64,000 nt of DNA from Trueperaceae bacterium (GCA_965213705.1 OZ243913.1:2336001-2400000); one strand, 5' to 3'. Positions 21,184 to 30,852 are shown, numbered from the stretch's first letter. The notes: generated by a model from the letters alone, not told the origin. Numbers and translations are program-made.

Positions 21184-21519
21184 GTGGTAGCCAAAAAAAC
21201 CTACACGACCATTGTTCAAAGTGACGAGCGCTGCGTGGTCGAGCGCACCGCCGACGTCATCGGCGGCAAGTGGACGACCCTCATCCTGCGCGAACTCTTG
21301 AAAGAGACGAGGCGTTTCGGCGAGTTGCGCGCCGCGCTGACCGGCATCAGCCCCAAAACCCTCACCGACCGCCTGCGCGAGTTGGAGGACTGCGGCGTTC
21401 TGAAACGCACCGTTTATCCCGAAGTGCCGCCGCGCGTCGAGTACACGCTGACCGAAAAAGGCGAGGCGCTGCGCGACATCGTCGACGCGATGGCGGCGTG
21501 GGGGGCGCGCTGGACGTAA
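21184..21519 (+). CDS. HxlR/DUF24 winged-helix transcriptional regulator
   Basis: CVVERTADVIGGKWT, RRFGEL, ISPKTLTDRLRELE, VPPRVEYTLT. Confidence 0.93.
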   Translation: MVAKKTYTTIVQSDERCVVERTADVIGGKWTTLILRELLKETRRFGELRAALTGISPKTLTDRLRELEDCGVLKRTVYPEVPPRVEYTLTEKGEALRDIVDAMAAWGARWT

Positions 21520-21611
21520 GATCAAAAAAGGACCGAGTACCAAGTAAAAAGTAAAACCTTGATTTTTTGAGTCAACGACGCCTTTCGGCTAGGGGCGTTA
21601 CACTACCTTTC

Positions 21612-22664
21612 ATGTCCATTCCTATCTTTGACGGCCACAACGACACGCTGCTGAGCCTTTACTCGGGAAAACGCGGTGAGGGCGTCGGTTTTTTCGAACG
21701 CTCCGAGGTTGGTCACATAGACTATCCTCGAGCGCTCGAGGGCGGTTTCGGGGGCGGCTTCTTCGCCATTTTCTCCTCGTCCGGCGAGGACTTGACCGAA
21801 AAACTCGTCGAAACGCCCGAAGGTTACGACGTGCCGATGTCGGAGCCGCGGGCGCAGGAGCCCGCGCTAAAAGACACGCTCGCGATGGCCGCCAACCTGT
21901 TCCGCACCGAGGCCGCCTCGGAGGGTAAGTTCAAAGTGGTGCGAAACTTAGGAGAATTGCGCGGGTGTCTCGAGCACGGCGTCATGGCGGCGATTTTCCA
22001 CATCGAAGGGGCGGAGGCGATTGACACCGACCTGGACGCGCTCTACGTCCTTTACAAAGCGGGTTTGCGCTCGCTCGGCATCGTTTGGAGCCGTGAAAAC
22101 GCCTTCGGGACCGGCGTACCCTTTTCGTTTCCCTCGCATCCCGACACCGGCCCCGGCTTGAGCGACGCGGGCAAAGAGCTGGTCACGACCTGCAACCGCT
22201 TGGGAATCATGCTCGACCTGTCGCACCTCAACGAAAAAGGTTTTTGGGACGTGGCGAACCTGAGCGACGCGCCGCTGGTGGCAACGCACTCGGACGTTTA
22301 CGCCCTGTCGCGCTCGGCGCGCAACCTCACCGACGAGCAACTGGAGGCGATTCGCGCTTCCGACGGCATGGTCGGGCTGAACTTCGCGGTGACCTTTTTG
22401 CGGGAGGACGGTTTGCGCGTACCCGACACGCCGCTTTCGGTGATGGTGCGCCACATCGACTACCTCGTCGACAAACTCGGTGTTGAGCGGGTCGGCCTGG
22501 GTTCGGACTTTGATGGGGCGACGATTCCCGAGGAAATAGGTGACGTGACCGGCTTGCCTAAGCTCATGGCTGCACTGCGGGACAGCGGGTATGACGAGGG
22601 GGCGCTCGAGAAACTCGCCTACAAAAACTGGCTGCGGGTACTGGAGAAAACTTGGAAGGAGTAA
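21612..22664 (+). CDS. Membrane dipeptidase (peptidase M19)
   Basis: FDGHNDTL, HIEGAE, DLSH, ATHS, GLGSDFDG. Confidence 0.92.
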   Translation: MSIPIFDGHNDTLLSLYSGKRGEGVGFFERSEVGHIDYPRALEGGFGGGFFAIFSSSGEDLTEKLVETPEGYDVPMSEPRAQEPALKDTLAMAANLFRTEAASEGKFKVVRNLGELRGCLEHGVMAAIFHIEGAEAIDTDLDALYVLYKAGLRSLGIVWSRENAFGTGVPFSFPSHPDTGPGLSDAGKELVTTCNRLGIMLDLSHLNEKGFWDVANLSDAPLVATHSDVYALSRSARNLTDEQLEAIRASDGMVGLNFAVTFLREDGLRVPDTPLSVMVRHIDYLVDKLGVERVGLGSDFDGATIPEEIGDVTGLPKLMAALRDSGYDEGALEKLAYKNWLRVLEKTWKE

Positions 22665-22670
22665 GCGCAA

Positions 22671-22727
22671 GTAGTTTGTAGGCAGTGGGTTGTGGTTTTC
22701 TACAAGCTACAAGCCACTGGCTACAGG
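22671..22727. repeat. Heptamer-periodic imperfect inverted repeat
   Basis: gtagttt gtaggca gtgggtt gtggttt / ctacaag ctacaag ccactgg ctacagg. Confidence 0.6.
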
Positions 22728-22784
22728 CTGAACCTGAGCATGGAAAGCACCTCCGCCGCTTGTTTTCTGCGTTAAAGTAGAACC

Positions 22785-23963
22785 GTGAAAATCCTCCACA
22801 CCGCCGACTGGCACGCCGGACGCACCCTGCACGGCGTCGACCGCACGCCGGAAATCCGGGGCGTGCTGGCCGAAATCGCCGAGCTTGCTAAAACTGAAGC
22901 CGTCGACCTCATCATCGTCGCCGGGGACATCTACGACTCGAAAAATCCCGGTGCGGACGCCGAGCGGGCCGTTTACGAGTTTTTCCTAAGCACCGGGGCC
23001 GCCGGGATTAGAAGCGTCGTCATCGCGGGCAACCACGATTCGCCCTCACGCTTGGACGCGATTCAAAACCTGCTCAAACTCGCCAACGTTCACCTCGTCG
23101 GACACCCGCAGGTGGCGGGGCAGGGGGGCGTGTTCGACCTCGCGCTGAACGGTGAAGTGGCGAGGGTTGCCGCCCTGCCCTTCGTCTCCGAACGGCGAAT
23201 TGTCAAGGTGGCGGAACTCTTGGAGAGCGACCCCGGCCAGTGGCTGGAAAAATACCAGGGCGGGATGCGGCGGCTGATTCAGAACCTTAGTAGCAACTTC
23301 ACCAACGACACCGTCAACCTTCTCGTCATGCACGGCACTATGAACGGCGCGACGCTGTCAAACTCGGAGTACACCTTCCACTGCACCGACACCTACGCGC
23401 TGGGGGCGGATATTTTGCCCGACCGGGCGAACTACGTCGCGCTCGGGCACATCCACAAGCCGCAGGCCATCCAGGGCTACCCGGAGAACGCCGGGCGCTA
23501 CGCGGGCAGCATCTTACAGCTCGACTTCGGCGAACAGGGCGACGCCAAGCACGTCTACATCGTCGAGGCGAGGGCGGGCAAGCCGACGGAACTTCTCAAA
23601 GCCGTGCCGCTCCAAAGCGGCAAACGGCTCAAGCGGTTGAACATGGAACTGGATGACCTCGAGCGCCGCGCTCACGAGTTCGATTATGACGGCTACCTCA
23701 AACTCGCCCTCAAGCTCGAGCGCCCCCGCCCCGGCTTAAAGGACCGCATCCGCGCGGACTTTCCCAACGTGCTCAGCATCGATATCGAACTGCCCGAGGT
23801 CGAGACGAGCGAGGAAGAGGTTGATTTGGAGGGAATGGACTTGCTGGCGGCTTACGCCCGCTATTACGAAGAAAAACGCGGACAGGGTGTGCCGGACGAC
23901 GTGCAGGACGCGTTTAAGGACTTGCTCGAGGAGGAGGAAGAGGTGCCGGAGGTGGTTATCTGA
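22785..23963 (+). CDS. sbcD: Exonuclease SbcD (Mre11-like)
   Basis: HTADWHAG, AGDIYD, AGNHDS, YVALGHIHKPQ, YAGS. Confidence 0.93.
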   Translation: MKILHTADWHAGRTLHGVDRTPEIRGVLAEIAELAKTEAVDLIIVAGDIYDSKNPGADAERAVYEFFLSTGAAGIRSVVIAGNHDSPSRLDAIQNLLKLANVHLVGHPQVAGQGGVFDLALNGEVARVAALPFVSERRIVKVAELLESDPGQWLEKYQGGMRRLIQNLSSNFTNDTVNLLVMHGTMNGATLSNSEYTFHCTDTYALGADILPDRANYVALGHIHKPQAIQGYPENAGRYAGSILQLDFGEQGDAKHVYIVEARAGKPTELLKAVPLQSGKRLKRLNMELDDLERRAHEFDYDGYLKLALKLERPRPGLKDRIRADFPNVLSIDIELPEVETSEEEVDLEGMDLLAAYARYYEEKRGQGVPDDVQDAFKDLLEEEEEVPEVVI

Positions 23964-24257
23964 ATAGATTGGCGACAAATGGATAGTTGTATAGTTTTCC
24001 TAGGATGTGCATGTGATTTCTAAAAGACGCTGCTTTGTCATCATGCCCTTTCACGATGACTATCGTGAGGTGTATGACCAAGTTTACAAGCTGGTTTGTG
24101 AAGCCAATGACGTTGACTGCTGGCGTGTTGATGAAATCGCACGTCCAGGTTCAATAACTCAAGATATTGTTGACGGAATAATTGATGCGGATTTAGTCAT
24201 CGCAGATCTTACTTCACAAAATCCCAATGTGTTTTACGAATTGGGAATATCGCATAG

Positions 24258-25461
24258 GGTAGTCAGGTGAGATTATCTCTTAGCTAAAGAAAGGGGAGCC
24301 GTTGATGACGCAAACTGCGTCACATGACAAAGAACCGACTCCCCCTAGAAAGCTTAGCGTGCGTGAATGATGAGTGTAAAGCCTATGGAGAGAAAGGGCA
24401 AGGCAACTTGAGCGTACGCAAGGTCTACAGCAAAGACGAAATACGTTATCTACGCTGTCGCCTTTGCGGTAAAGAGTTCAGCGAACGTAAACGCACCGCT
24501 TTGTGGAACACCAAACTGCGTGAGAAGAAAGCGATTAAGGTAGCCGAGCAACTTTCTGAGGGCACCTGCTATGAGGGCACAGCTCGTGCTATGAGGGCAC
24601 AGCTCGTTTGCTGAGGGTGTCTGTTGGGGCAGTGCAGCGCTTGGCGGGTTGTTTGGGCAAACATGGTCAGAGGTTTCATGACGAGCGGGTAAGGCATTTA
24701 CCGTCGACAGCGTTGCAAGCCGACGAGCGTTGGGGGTATGCAGGCAACAAAAAGCAGCAACAGTGGGAGGCCGAAGTCATCGACCTCAAAAGTCGCTTGG
24801 TCGTTGAGCGTGCTCTGGGCAAGCGCGATGAAACGCTGATAGCGAGGGTGCTGAGGGGCGCAGCAGCCAGAGTGTCCTATCCTCAAGGGGTGGTGCTCTT
24901 CTCGGATGGCGAGCACAGCTACAAAACTCTCTTCCCAAAGGTGTTCGGCACACCCTACCAACCAAGCCGTAAGGGAGGGCGTGGTCGCCGTCCCGACCTC
25001 CGTTACCGTATCGGGCGTCGTCAAGCTCATGTGCGGGTCGTTAAACGACACCAGGGGAAACGTCTGGTCGAAGTGAGCGTCGACCTGGCACATGGGAGCA
25101 ACAAGCGTCTCCAGCGAGAACTGCAACGCCTGGGTTACAACCAGCCCAACACCAGCGCTATCGAACGTCGCAACGGCACCGCCAGACGCATGGACGCGTT
25201 CAGCGTCCGCAAATCGCTAGCCTTTGCCCGTCGGCCCGAGTCTCGCAACGCCAACGGCGCTTGGAGCATCACTGTCTACAACTGGGGACGAGCGAACCGC
25301 TCACTCAGAAAGCTTCTACCGGAACCTCAAGGCAGAAAGCTCTATGAGCAGCGCTCTCCCGCGATGGCCGCTGGCCTGACCGACTCCCTTTGGTCGGTCG
25401 AAGACATCCTTCGCTATCAGCCTTTCCCTCCAGGTCCATGAGATAATCTCACGGCACTGCC
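24258..25461 (+). mobile_element. IS1-family-like insertion sequence, 1204 bp
   Basis: IRL ggtagtcaggtgagattatctc; IRR reverse complement ggcagtgccgtgagattatctc; 8-bp TSD tcgcatag at 24250-24257 and 25462-25469. Confidence 0.9.
24324..25441 (+). pseudogene. IS1-family transposase, frameshifted by a 20-bp tandem duplication
   Basis: N-terminal Zn ribbon (CVNDEC...CRLC); DDE-type QADERW, FSDG, IERRN; tgctatgagggcacagctcg duplicated at 24567-24606. Confidence 0.85.
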
Positions 25462-26016
25462 TCGCATAGTATTGGAAACAAAACTACAATGACAGCACAG
25501 TCACTGGACGATGTTCCTTTTGATATTGCAAGCTACCGTATAATACTTTACGAACAATCAATTTCCGGCAGTAAAAAATTGTTTGCCGCTCTTGATCAAG
25601 CAGTCAAAGAACTACTGTCCAGCTTGGACAAAACCAACAACCCTGTTCAAGAAGCTTTCAGTAAACGATCGGTGACTGGGATTCGGCACCGTAAGCCGCT
25701 CATTCAAGTTATAAATGTTGCTAAGCTGCATAAGTCTCTGAAAACTTTGATAGAAAACGAAAACATTAAGTATGTAGAGGATTTGAAAAAACTCAATCTG
25801 GAAAAGATGAAAGAAAAGTATGACCTTGGCGCAACTAATCTTACGACCTTGGTAAAAATTGTTTTAAAGAATGAAGCTTATGATGATTTAGATGTTCTTC
25901 AAGAGCTAATTTTGAAATATCGTCTTGATATGTCACAGGGATATAGGTCACCAAGCTGGGAAATGTGACAGCCGAGTAAAGCCACTCTTTTTTCGTTTCT
26001 GCGCTAGACTGTCACC

Positions 26017-26277
26017 ATGCAAACCGTCAAGCTCGAGCTTTCTCCAGACCTCGCCGCTTTGTTGCAAAGTTTCAACCAGCCGCTCGAACAGTCCGCGCGA
26101 GAACTCATGACGCTCGAGCTGTACCGTCGTGGCGTGATTTCGAGTGGTAAGGCTGCCGAACTTCTCAACATGCCCCGCTTTGAATTTGTGCATTACGCCT
26201 CGCGCCTCGGCATCGCTTTTTTCGACATGACCGAGGACGAGTGGAAAGCAGAAGCGGGTTTTGCTGAAACGTTGTGA
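26017..26277 (+). CDS. UPF0175-family putative antitoxin
   Basis: LELYRRGVISSGKAAELLNMPRFEF; overlaps the PIN gene. Confidence 0.8.
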   Translation: MQTVKLELSPDLAALLQSFNQPLEQSARELMTLELYRRGVISSGKAAELLNMPRFEFVHYASRLGIAFFDMTEDEWKAEAGFAETL

Positions 26278-26735
26278 GGTCTGTTCCTGTCTCAAATGCA
26301 AGCCCTCTGATTGCGCTTGAACAAATTCGTTTGCTGGATGTACTCGAGCGCATTTTTACCAGCATCATCGTTCCGCCAGCGGTAGTCAGAGAAGTTGCGC
26401 CGACGGTTGTTTTACCTGCTTGGGTCGAGCAACAGCCTCTTTCGCAAGCTATCGGCTCGCAAATCTTGTCCGCATCGCTCGGTGCCGGGGAAAGTGAAGC
26501 TTTGAGTCTTGCACTCGAGCTGAAAGCCCCTTTGGTTATCCTCGACGAGCGCCCTGCCAGACGCTTGGCGCAAGCCCTCGGACTTCCTGTTGTCGGAACT
26601 CTCGGCTTACTTCTCCAGGCCAAAAAACGCGGTTTCATTCCTTTGCTCAAACCTCAGTTGAATGCACTCTTGGAGCATGATTTTCGCGTGTCACCTAAAC
26701 TGTACGACCAAATCCTTAAAAATTCAGGTGAGTAG
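26274..26735 (+). CDS. DUF3368-family PIN-domain protein (putative toxin)
   Basis: VSNASPLIAL, LGAGESEAL, LDERPARRLA, GTLGLLL. Confidence 0.85.
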   Translation: MRSVPVSNASPLIALEQIRLLDVLERIFTSIIVPPAVVREVAPTVVLPAWVEQQPLSQAIGSQILSASLGAGESEALSLALELKAPLVILDERPARRLAQALGLPVVGTLGLLLQAKKRGFIPLLKPQLNALLEHDFRVSPKLYDQILKNSGE

Positions 26736-26747
26736 CTTTTACATTTT

Positions 26748-26842
26748 TGGCAGTATGGCGTTCGCGTCAACAGGCATGGTGCGTCTGTTTCACCTGGCAC
26801 GATGGTGACGCCTCTGATGTAGAAATTGTTAATTATCATTAG
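26748..26842 (+). pseudogene. higB: Truncated, frameshifted HigB (RelE-like killer toxin) remnant
   Basis: QYGVRVNR / (shift) WCVCFTWHDGDASDVEIVNYH* matches the HigB C-terminus; immediately upstream of higA. Confidence 0.7.
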
Positions 26843-26850
26843 GAGGCACT

Positions 26851-27156
26851 ATGACAACCGATAAGCTTTCCCCCATCCATCCCGGCGAAGTCTTGCTAGA
26901 AGAGTTTTTAAAACCTATGGAACTGAGCCAGAACCGGCTCGCGCTCGGGATTGGCGTCAGTGCCAGGCGAGTCAATGAGATTATTTTGAAGCGGCGTTCG
27001 GTGACAGCCGACACCGCCCTGCGGTTGGGGCGTTACTTCGGAACTTCACATCAATTCTGGTTGGGTTTGCAAACGGCCTACGACCCCGAGTTGGCCCAAG
27101 ACCAACTCGGCGACAAACTCGAGCGCGAAGTCAGGGTACACGCTCACGTTGCTTGA
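26851..27156 (+). CDS. higA: HigA-family antitoxin (Xre HTH)
   Basis: PIHPGEVLLEEFLKPM, TADTALRLGRYFGTS, FWLGLQ; AGGAGG RBS. Confidence 0.92.
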   Translation: MTTDKLSPIHPGEVLLEEFLKPMELSQNRLALGIGVSARRVNEIILKRRSVTADTALRLGRYFGTSHQFWLGLQTAYDPELAQDQLGDKLEREVRVHAHVA

Positions 27157-27271
27157 GGGCGCGCTCGAGGGGTTGACCCCCTCCCTTCAAAACCTGGAGT
27201 AAACTTAAAAGCGTGCCGAACCGAACCTCGTTAAGATTGCCTAACAAACTTTACAGCTCGAGGAACCCCGC

Positions 27272-30067
27272 ATGACCCCGCTCAAGCTCGAGCTGACCGG
27301 CTTTACCGTGTTCCGCGAGGCGGCGAGTGTGGACCTGGAAGGGCTCGAGCTGTTCGCCATTTCGGGGCCGACCGGGGCGGGCAAAAGCACGCTGCTGGAC
27401 GCCCTCACCTACGCGCTCTACGGGCAGACCGCGCGACTGGGCAAGACGGGGCTGGACGTGCTCATCAGTCCGGGGGCCACGCAGATGTCGGTGGTGCTCG
27501 CGTTCCGCACCGCGCGCGGCACTTATCGCGTGACCCGCACCGCCGACCGCAAGCCGAGCGGGGCGGTATCGCGCAACACGCGCATCGAACACTTAGAAAG
27601 TAGCGCGAAGTGGACGCAGTTGCCTGAGAGCGAGAAACTGAAAGAAGCCGACGCGAAGTTGGAAGAAATCGTCGGCCTCGACTACGACGGCTTTACGCGC
27701 TCGGTGCTGCTGCCGCAGGGCGCGTTCGACGAGTTTTTGCGCGGCGACAGCGCCAAGCGGCGCAAGCTGCTGGTAAACCTCCTGGGCCTCGACCGGGTGG
27801 AGGAGATGCAGCGCGAAGCCGGTCGGCGCGCGCGCGAATCGGAGGCCAAGGGGGAGAGCTTAAAGGCGCGCTTGGAGCAAGACTACGCGGGCGCAACCCC
27901 GGAGCGCCTGCGCGACCTCAAAAAAGAGTTGCGGAGTTTGACCAAGGAGCGGGACGCTTTGGGCGCGCGGCAGACCGAGTTGGTCAAAGACCTCAAAGAA
28001 CTCGACGAGGTCAAGGCGCTCGTTGACGAGCAGCGCAAGGTGCAAACCGAACTGACCGAACTCAAGACGCAAGAAGAGGACGTCAAGGCGGCGCGGCGCA
28101 GGCTTGGGGCGGCCAAACGTGCGGCGCTCGTCGCCTCGCAAATCGAAGGGCTTGCGACCGTTCAAGCCAAGCTGAAGCGCGTTCGGGACGAACTCGTTAA
28201 GGGTGAGGCGAGCTTGCAAACTAAACGCGCTGAGGTCGAAGCGGCGCAAACTGCCTTGAGTCGAGCGCGCCGCGCGAGTGAAACGCGCCTGCCGGACATC
28301 GAAGCGAAGCTCACCGCCCTGGCGGGCGTCACGCCGCTCCTTACCGCGCTCACCGCTCGAGGGGGCCGGCTCGAACTGGCTCAAAAAGCCGACGCCGCCA
28401 CGCCCTACTCGGATACCGCTTGGGACGACCTGCAACGCTCAACCGCCCAACTGCCCGCCCTCGAGGGCGCGGAAGCGGCGCTGGCCGAGGCGAAAAGCGA
28501 GGTGGAGACGGGCGCGAAAACCTTAAAAACCTTGCAAACTGAGGAAGTCTCGCTCGGTCAGTCGCTCGAGACCCTCAAAACCGAAGGTGCCAAAGCGCGA
28601 ACGACCTCCGACGCGGCGGTTGTGGCCTACGAGGCGGCCGTCGTCACCGACCGAGCTGCGGCGTTGCGCGAACACCTTCACGTGGGCGAGGCTTGCCCGG
28701 TGTGCGCCCAAACGGTAACGACGTTGCCGCCCGCCCAAGACAGCCGCACGACTGCGCTGAAGGAGGCTCGAGACACGGCTGACACCGCCCTGACAGCCTT
28801 GCGCGAAAGTTACCAAACGACCAAAGCCAAGCTCGAGACCGCCACCGTGCGGGTCAAGGACAGGGCTGTCGCCCTGGAAAACATCCAGCAAAAGTTGGCG
28901 CGGCTCACGGCCGCTCTCAAGACTCAAAAAGAGCCGTTCGCCTCGCTCGGCGTGGCGGGGACGGCTGAGATAAAAAGAGCGCTCGAGACCCGCAAAACGC
29001 TTCTCCTGGCGGCGCTGGCGGCGCAGGTTGTCGAGCGGACCGGCGGAGTCGACCCGCGCAAGGTGCAGCAGACTCTTCAAACCGAGAAGCGGACGCTCGA
29101 GACCGCCCTCAAAACTGCGGAAACCTCGGCACAAACCGCGCAGACCGCGTTTGACCGAGTCGGTACGCAGGCCGAAATGCTGACGCGGCAGTCGGGCGAG
29201 TTGCAGGACGAGTTCGAAGGCGCTCGCTCAACCCTGGAGCGTTCCCTGAAAAATGCCGAGTTCGCCACGGCGGAGGAGGCGCGGGCGGCGCTGCTGGGTG
29301 AGGCCCAAATCAGTGCGCTCGAGGCCCGGTTGAAAACTTTCGAACTCAACAAAGAAAGCGTCGAACGCCGCGACGTGGAACTCGCGGCGAGGCTTGCCGG
29401 GCGCACGCTCGACGAGGAGCGTTACCGGCGCTTGAAAGAAGAAGAAACCGACCTGGCGACGACGCTGGCCGAGTTGCAAAAGAACCAGGGTCGCCTGGAG
29501 CGCGACCTGAACCACGTGGCGGAACAGCTCGAGAAGGCCAAGGGTTTACGGGACCAGCTCAAAGCGGCCGCGGCCCGCTTCGACCTCTACCGCCTGCTCA
29601 ACCTGGACCTGCGCGGCAATGAGTTTCAGGAATACTTGCTCGCCCAAGTCCAGGCCAAGCTCGCACGGCGCGCCTCGCACATCCTGCGCGACGTGACCGA
29701 GGGGCGCTACGACCTTCGCCTTGAGAACGGCGACTATGTAGTCCGCGACGCCTGGGCGACCGGCGAGTTGCGCAACGCCAAAACCTTGTCGGGCGGCGAG
29801 ACGTTTATCGCCAGCTTAGCCCTCGCGCTGGCGCTCTCCGACACCATCGCGGGCAGCCACGCGCTCGGCGCGCTGTTTCTGGACGAGGGTTTCGGGACGC
29901 TCGACGCCGACACGCTCTCCTCGGTCGCGGGCGTGCTGGAAAACCTCACCCGCGAGGGCCGCATGGTCGGCATTATCACCCACGTCAAAGAACTCACCGA
30001 GCGGTTGCCCGCCCGCCTCAAGGTGAGCAAGGGTGCCACGGGCTCGACGCTGAGTTGGGATTTATGA
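27272..30067 (+). CDS. sbcC: Exonuclease SbcC (Rad50-like SMC ATPase)
   Basis: GPTGAGKS, LPQGAF Q-loop, coiled coils with CPVC zinc hook, LSGGE, FLDEGFGTLD. Confidence 0.95.
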   Translation: MTPLKLELTGFTVFREAASVDLEGLELFAISGPTGAGKSTLLDALTYALYGQTARLGKTGLDVLISPGATQMSVVLAFRTARGTYRVTRTADRKPSGAVSRNTRIEHLESSAKWTQLPESEKLKEADAKLEEIVGLDYDGFTRSVLLPQGAFDEFLRGDSAKRRKLLVNLLGLDRVEEMQREAGRRARESEAKGESLKARLEQDYAGATPERLRDLKKELRSLTKERDALGARQTELVKDLKELDEVKALVDEQRKVQTELTELKTQEEDVKAARRRLGAAKRAALVASQIEGLATVQAKLKRVRDELVKGEASLQTKRAEVEAAQTALSRARRASETRLPDIEAKLTALAGVTPLLTALTARGGRLELAQKADAATPYSDTAWDDLQRSTAQLPALEGAEAALAEAKSEVETGAKTLKTLQTEEVSLGQSLETLKTEGAKARTTSDAAVVAYEAAVVTDRAAALREHLHVGEACPVCAQTVTTLPPAQDSRTTALKEARDTADTALTALRESYQTTKAKLETATVRVKDRAVALENIQQKLARLTAALKTQKEPFASLGVAGTAEIKRALETRKTLLLAALAAQVVERTGGVDPRKVQQTLQTEKRTLETALKTAETSAQTAQTAFDRVGTQAEMLTRQSGELQDEFEGARSTLERSLKNAEFATAEEARAALLGEAQISALEARLKTFELNKESVERRDVELAARLAGRTLDEERYRRLKEEETDLATTLAELQKNQGRLERDLNHVAEQLEKAKGLRDQLKAAAARFDLYRLLNLDLRGNEFQEYLLAQVQAKLARRASHILRDVTEGRYDLRLENGDYVVRDAWATGELRNAKTLSGGETFIASLALALALSDTIAGSHALGALFLDEGFGTLDADTLSSVAGVLENLTREGRMVGIITHVKELTERLPARLKVSKGATGSTLSWDL

Positions 30068-30097
30068 GTTGGGCCTTGTGAAAGGTAAAGTAGGACG

Positions 30098-30301
30098 ATG
30101 ACACTGATGAAGTTGGGCGACTTTACAGTCGTGCTCGAGAAAGTCTGCGCCTTTGAATACGTGCGCCCGCGCGTGGACCAGGGCGGTACTGAAAGCGGGC
30201 AGGTGGCGCTGCGCATCATGTTGGACGGCGGTCACGAGGTCACCGTGTACGGTCAAGCCTCGATAGTCGCCTTCGTGACCGCGCTCAAGGCGCTCGGTTA
30301 G
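30098..30301 (+). CDS. Small hypothetical protein
   Basis: 67-aa ORF filling the gap; TAAAGT -10-like box 6 nt upstream of ATG. Confidence 0.55.
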   Translation: MTLMKLGDFTVVLEKVCAFEYVRPRVDQGGTESGQVALRIMLDGGHEVTVYGQASIVAFVTALKALG

Positions 30302-30852
30302 CCCACCTGCAAAAGCGCGCCGACGAGGACGTTGAAAACAAGGGTGCCCAAACCTGCCACGAGCAGCGTCGTCCAGGTGTCGCGGCCCTTTTTCAAGTTC
30401 ATGCTCGACTGGACGGCCAAATACGCAAAGTAGACGTTGGCGGCGATGGCGGCCAAACTCAGCAGCGGGAGCAGCAGTACCCCAATGAGGGTGATAATGA
30501 GCAGCAGCGACAGCACGCCGAACAGCACCGCGAGCGGACCCCAGAACAGCGAAAAGGTGTAGGCGACCTGGTCGAAGGTGCCGGTGCCGCCCTGCCGTTT
30601 GCCGAACAGGTACACGAGGTAGGTGAACACCCCAAAGCCGAGCAGCGTGAGGATGATGTTCTGCACAAAACCGGCTATCCCGCCGCCGAGCCCGAACAAA
30701 CCCGATATAGCGGCGGCAACCGCCACGTAAACGAGCGCTTCGCGCAAACCACCGCTGTCTTCGAACCGCTCGAAGGTGGCGACGCTCGGACTCGTCAAAA
30801 CCTGTCTGCTCTGCGAAATCATGTCGGGAATCGAGGGGGATGCCATAGCCAT
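30298..30852 (-). CDS. Yip1-family membrane protein
   Basis: About five hydrophobic segments, VLTSPS..F, GGTGTFDQV; AGGAGG RBS. Confidence 0.75.
   Translation of the reverse strand: MAMASPSIPDMISQSRQVLTSPSVATFERFEDSGGLREALVYVAVAAAISGLFGLGGGIAGFVQNIILTLLGFGVFTYLVYLFGKRQGGTGTFDQVAYTFSLFWGPLAVLFGVLSLLLIITLIGVLLLPLLSLAAIAANVYFAYLAVQSSMNLKKGRDTWTTLLVAGLGTLVFNVLVGALLQVG

Larger units (their letters stand above)
24013..25968 (+). pseudogene. Nucleoside 2-deoxyribosyltransferase-like protein with alpha-CTD-like C-terminus, interrupted by an IS
   Basis: CFVIMPF...ADLVIADLTSQNPNVFYELGISH; removing the IS and one TSD rejoins in frame (ELGISH-SIGNKTTMTAQSLDDVPFDI), about 247 aa. Confidence 0.85.

Noticed and set aside
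24560..24614. Programmed -1 frameshift between IS1 insA/insB-like ORFs
   Set aside because: No A6C-type slippery site at the junction; the frame change is fully explained by the 20-bp duplication
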